This document shows, piece after piece, positions 40,435 to 42,058 of a DNA stretch of 42,058 bases (its first letter is position 1; the number at the start of each line of letters is the position of its first letter). Made by a program: the position numbers and the translations under genes. Source of the stretch: Candidatus Tayloriibacteriota bacterium (GTDB taxonomy: Bacteria; Patescibacteriota; Minisyncoccia; Phycocordibacterales; PALSA-1337); the NCBI GenBank assembly GCA_031384385.1, contig JANNAN010000008.1, positions 1-42,058 of the forward strand, in the 5' to 3' direction. The notes beneath the pieces were generated by a model. That model had not been told where the DNA came from. It did no database searches and was given only the letters and a program-made list of their open reading frames with translations.

Positions 40435-41121
40435 ATGTCTACTTTTTATATCGTTGCTACACCAATTGGAAATCTCGAAGATATTACTTTAAGGGCTATT
40501 CGTATTCTAAAAGAAGTAGATATTGTCCTTTGTGAAGATACTAGAGTAACGAAAAGACTTTTTGAAAAACATGGAATTTCTACACAAATGATCAGTTATC
40601 ACTCTCAAAGTGGTGAAGCAAAAGTTGATTTAATTTTAGAAAAAATCGAAGAAGGTAAAAATATTGCATTAGTAACTGATGCTGGTACTCCCGGAATTTC
40701 TGATCCCGGTTCAGTACTTATTTCTACTGTTCGTGATAAATTTTCTGAATTAATTTCATCAAAAGAATTAAAGATTGAAGCAATACCAGGTCCATCGGCT
40801 TTAACTTCAGCACTTTCAATTGCTGGAGTTCCAGTTCATGAATTTATTTTTCTTGGATTTATGCCACATAAAAAGGGAAGAGAAACTCTATTTAAAGAAA
40901 TAGCCGAATCAGAAAGAACTATGGTTTTTTATGAATCTACTCATCGTATTTTGAAAACGCTTGAATCATTAACTAAAATAAATAGAAAAGTTACAATTGT
41001 TCGTGAAATTACAAAAATCTACGAAGAAGTTTTGCAGGGTTCTGCTGAAGAGATATTAAAAATTCTTACAGATATTCCAGAAAAACAAAAAGGGGAATTT
41101 GTGGTTATTATTTCTAATTAA
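40435..41121 (+). CDS. rsmI: 16S rRNA (cytidine1402-2'-O)-methyltransferase
   Basis: VATPIGNLEDITLRA, CEDTR, DAGTPGISDPG, FYES.HR, REITKIYEE. Confidence 0.96.
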   Translation: MSTFYIVATPIGNLEDITLRAIRILKEVDIVLCEDTRVTKRLFEKHGISTQMISYHSQSGEAKVDLILEKIEEGKNIALVTDAGTPGISDPGSVLISTVRDKFSELISSKELKIEAIPGPSALTSALSIAGVPVHEFIFLGFMPHKKGRETLFKEIAESERTMVFYESTHRILKTLESLTKINRKVTIVREITKIYEEVLQGSAEEILKILTDIPEKQKGEFVVIISN

Positions 41122-41159
41122 TATTTTTATAAAAAAGATCACCACCTTCCTCAAAAGGA

Positions 41160-41501
41160 TTAGTGGCGATTTTGTTTTTCGTGCTTATTTCTTCGATTCA
41201 TCGCATTGATCTTGAATGATGCAAGGTTGGTTATTGTCACATCATAATTACCAGCATGTTTGATAGTGAAGATGTCTTCACTACACAGAATCTCTGGTTC
41301 TTTGAAGATTGCAATGTGGTCTAAAAATAGTTTTTGTCCGATTATAATCCATTTGAATTTGATTTTGATTTTCTTATCGTCAATGACAAAAAAATAAACC
41401 AATCCAATATAATCTTGTAAACCATCAGAATAAATGATGGCTGGACTCAGTTTTCCAGCTTCTATCAATCTTTCCACTATTGTCTGGGGGATTTGTTTCA
41501 T
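41160..41501 (-). CDS. Hypothetical protein
   Basis: ORF with AAGGAGGTG upstream of ATG 41501. Confidence 0.55.
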   Translation of the reverse strand: MKQIPQTIVERLIEAGKLSPAIIYSDGLQDYIGLVYFFVIDDKKIKIKFKWIIIGQKLFLDHIAIFKEPEILCSEDIFTIKHAGNYDVTITNLASFKINAMNRRNKHEKQNRH

Positions 41502-41577
41502 TATCCTCACCTCCTTTCTCTAGCATAATGTTATCATAACAGTGTATAATTACAATTATAAAATTTAAATAAAAAAT

Positions 41578-41853
41578 ATGTCAAAAAGACAATGGTTATC
41601 AGTATCAGGAGTTTGGGTTATGGTCTTTCTGTTTCTAGGCTTCACATCAGAATGGCATCAAATTATTGCTATAATTTCTGGTATTATTATTATTGCAATT
41701 TCTTACAATTTACCAGCTGAAAATAAAAGCTCAATTCCGAACAATTCTTCTTTTGTAGAAAATGAGGTGAAAATTCCAGTTATTGGATTTCCAGAAAAAA
41801 TTGCAGAAAAAGAAATAGAAAATAAAATAAACAATGACACAACAGTAGTATGA
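41578..41853 (+). CDS. Small two-helix membrane protein
   Basis: Two N-terminal hydrophobic helices and a charged tail. Confidence 0.7.
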   Translation: MSKRQWLSVSGVWVMVFLFLGFTSEWHQIIAIISGIIIIAISYNLPAENKSSIPNNSSFVENEVKIPVIGFPEKIAEKEIENKINNDTTVV

Positions 41854-42058
41854 GATCACATATTATCGGAGTAATAATTTCTGGATTTCTAGCTCTTGTT
41901 ATTACAAGCAGCTTTTTTATTCCATATTCTCAGCCAGCATATTTATCAGGCTTTGAAATCTCTACAACAACTATTACAGTACCAACTCCTTTTTTAGTTA
42001 CACATATTGAAACACCAAAATCTGTAAAAGGAATTTATATGTCTGGTTGGGTTGCTGG
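41850..42058 (+). CDS. 3'-truncated putative glycoside hydrolase (DUF4015-like)
   Basis: ATGA overlap with the previous gene; TM anchor, then HIETPKSVKGIYMSGWVA; open to the window end. Confidence 0.55.
   Translation, partial: MRSHIIGVIISGFLALVITSSFFIPYSQPAYLSGFEISTTTITVPTPFLVTHIETPKSVKGIYMSGWVA

Overview
AT-rich bacterial window, inferred to come from a Patescibacteria/CPR (Parcubacteria-like) genome on the basis of divergent unlinked rRNAs, a reduced 16S and gene content. In order: (i) the 3' part of a surface/S-layer-like gene, followed by a cassette-like array (two PemK/MazF RNases, ORF6N, AAA ATPase, NYN RNase) separated by a recurring 21-bp hairpin core with shuffled flanks; each RNase faces a convergent promoter and a small structured RNA instead of having a protein antitoxin; (ii) rplJ-rplL, and 23S (two ORF-less insertions at L1931 and L2593) plus 5S; (iii) rodA, glycosyltransferases, secDF; (iv) a stand-alone 16S that lacks the anti-Shine-Dalgarno tail, matched by many apparently leaderless genes; (v) tRNA-Ile, pyk, radC; (vi) an atypical cell-wall cluster (degenerate MurD, PLP enzyme, LysW-like Zn ribbon, Mpl-like ligase, aminoacyl-tRNA transferase-like protein, MraY, NlpC/P60-like protein, ATP-grasp). 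This cluster is interrupted by a complete diversity-generating retroelement (target/VR, TR, antisense avd carrying a G9 tract, RT) with 13 of 14 TR/VR mismatches at TR adenines. All calls were made by eye without database searches.
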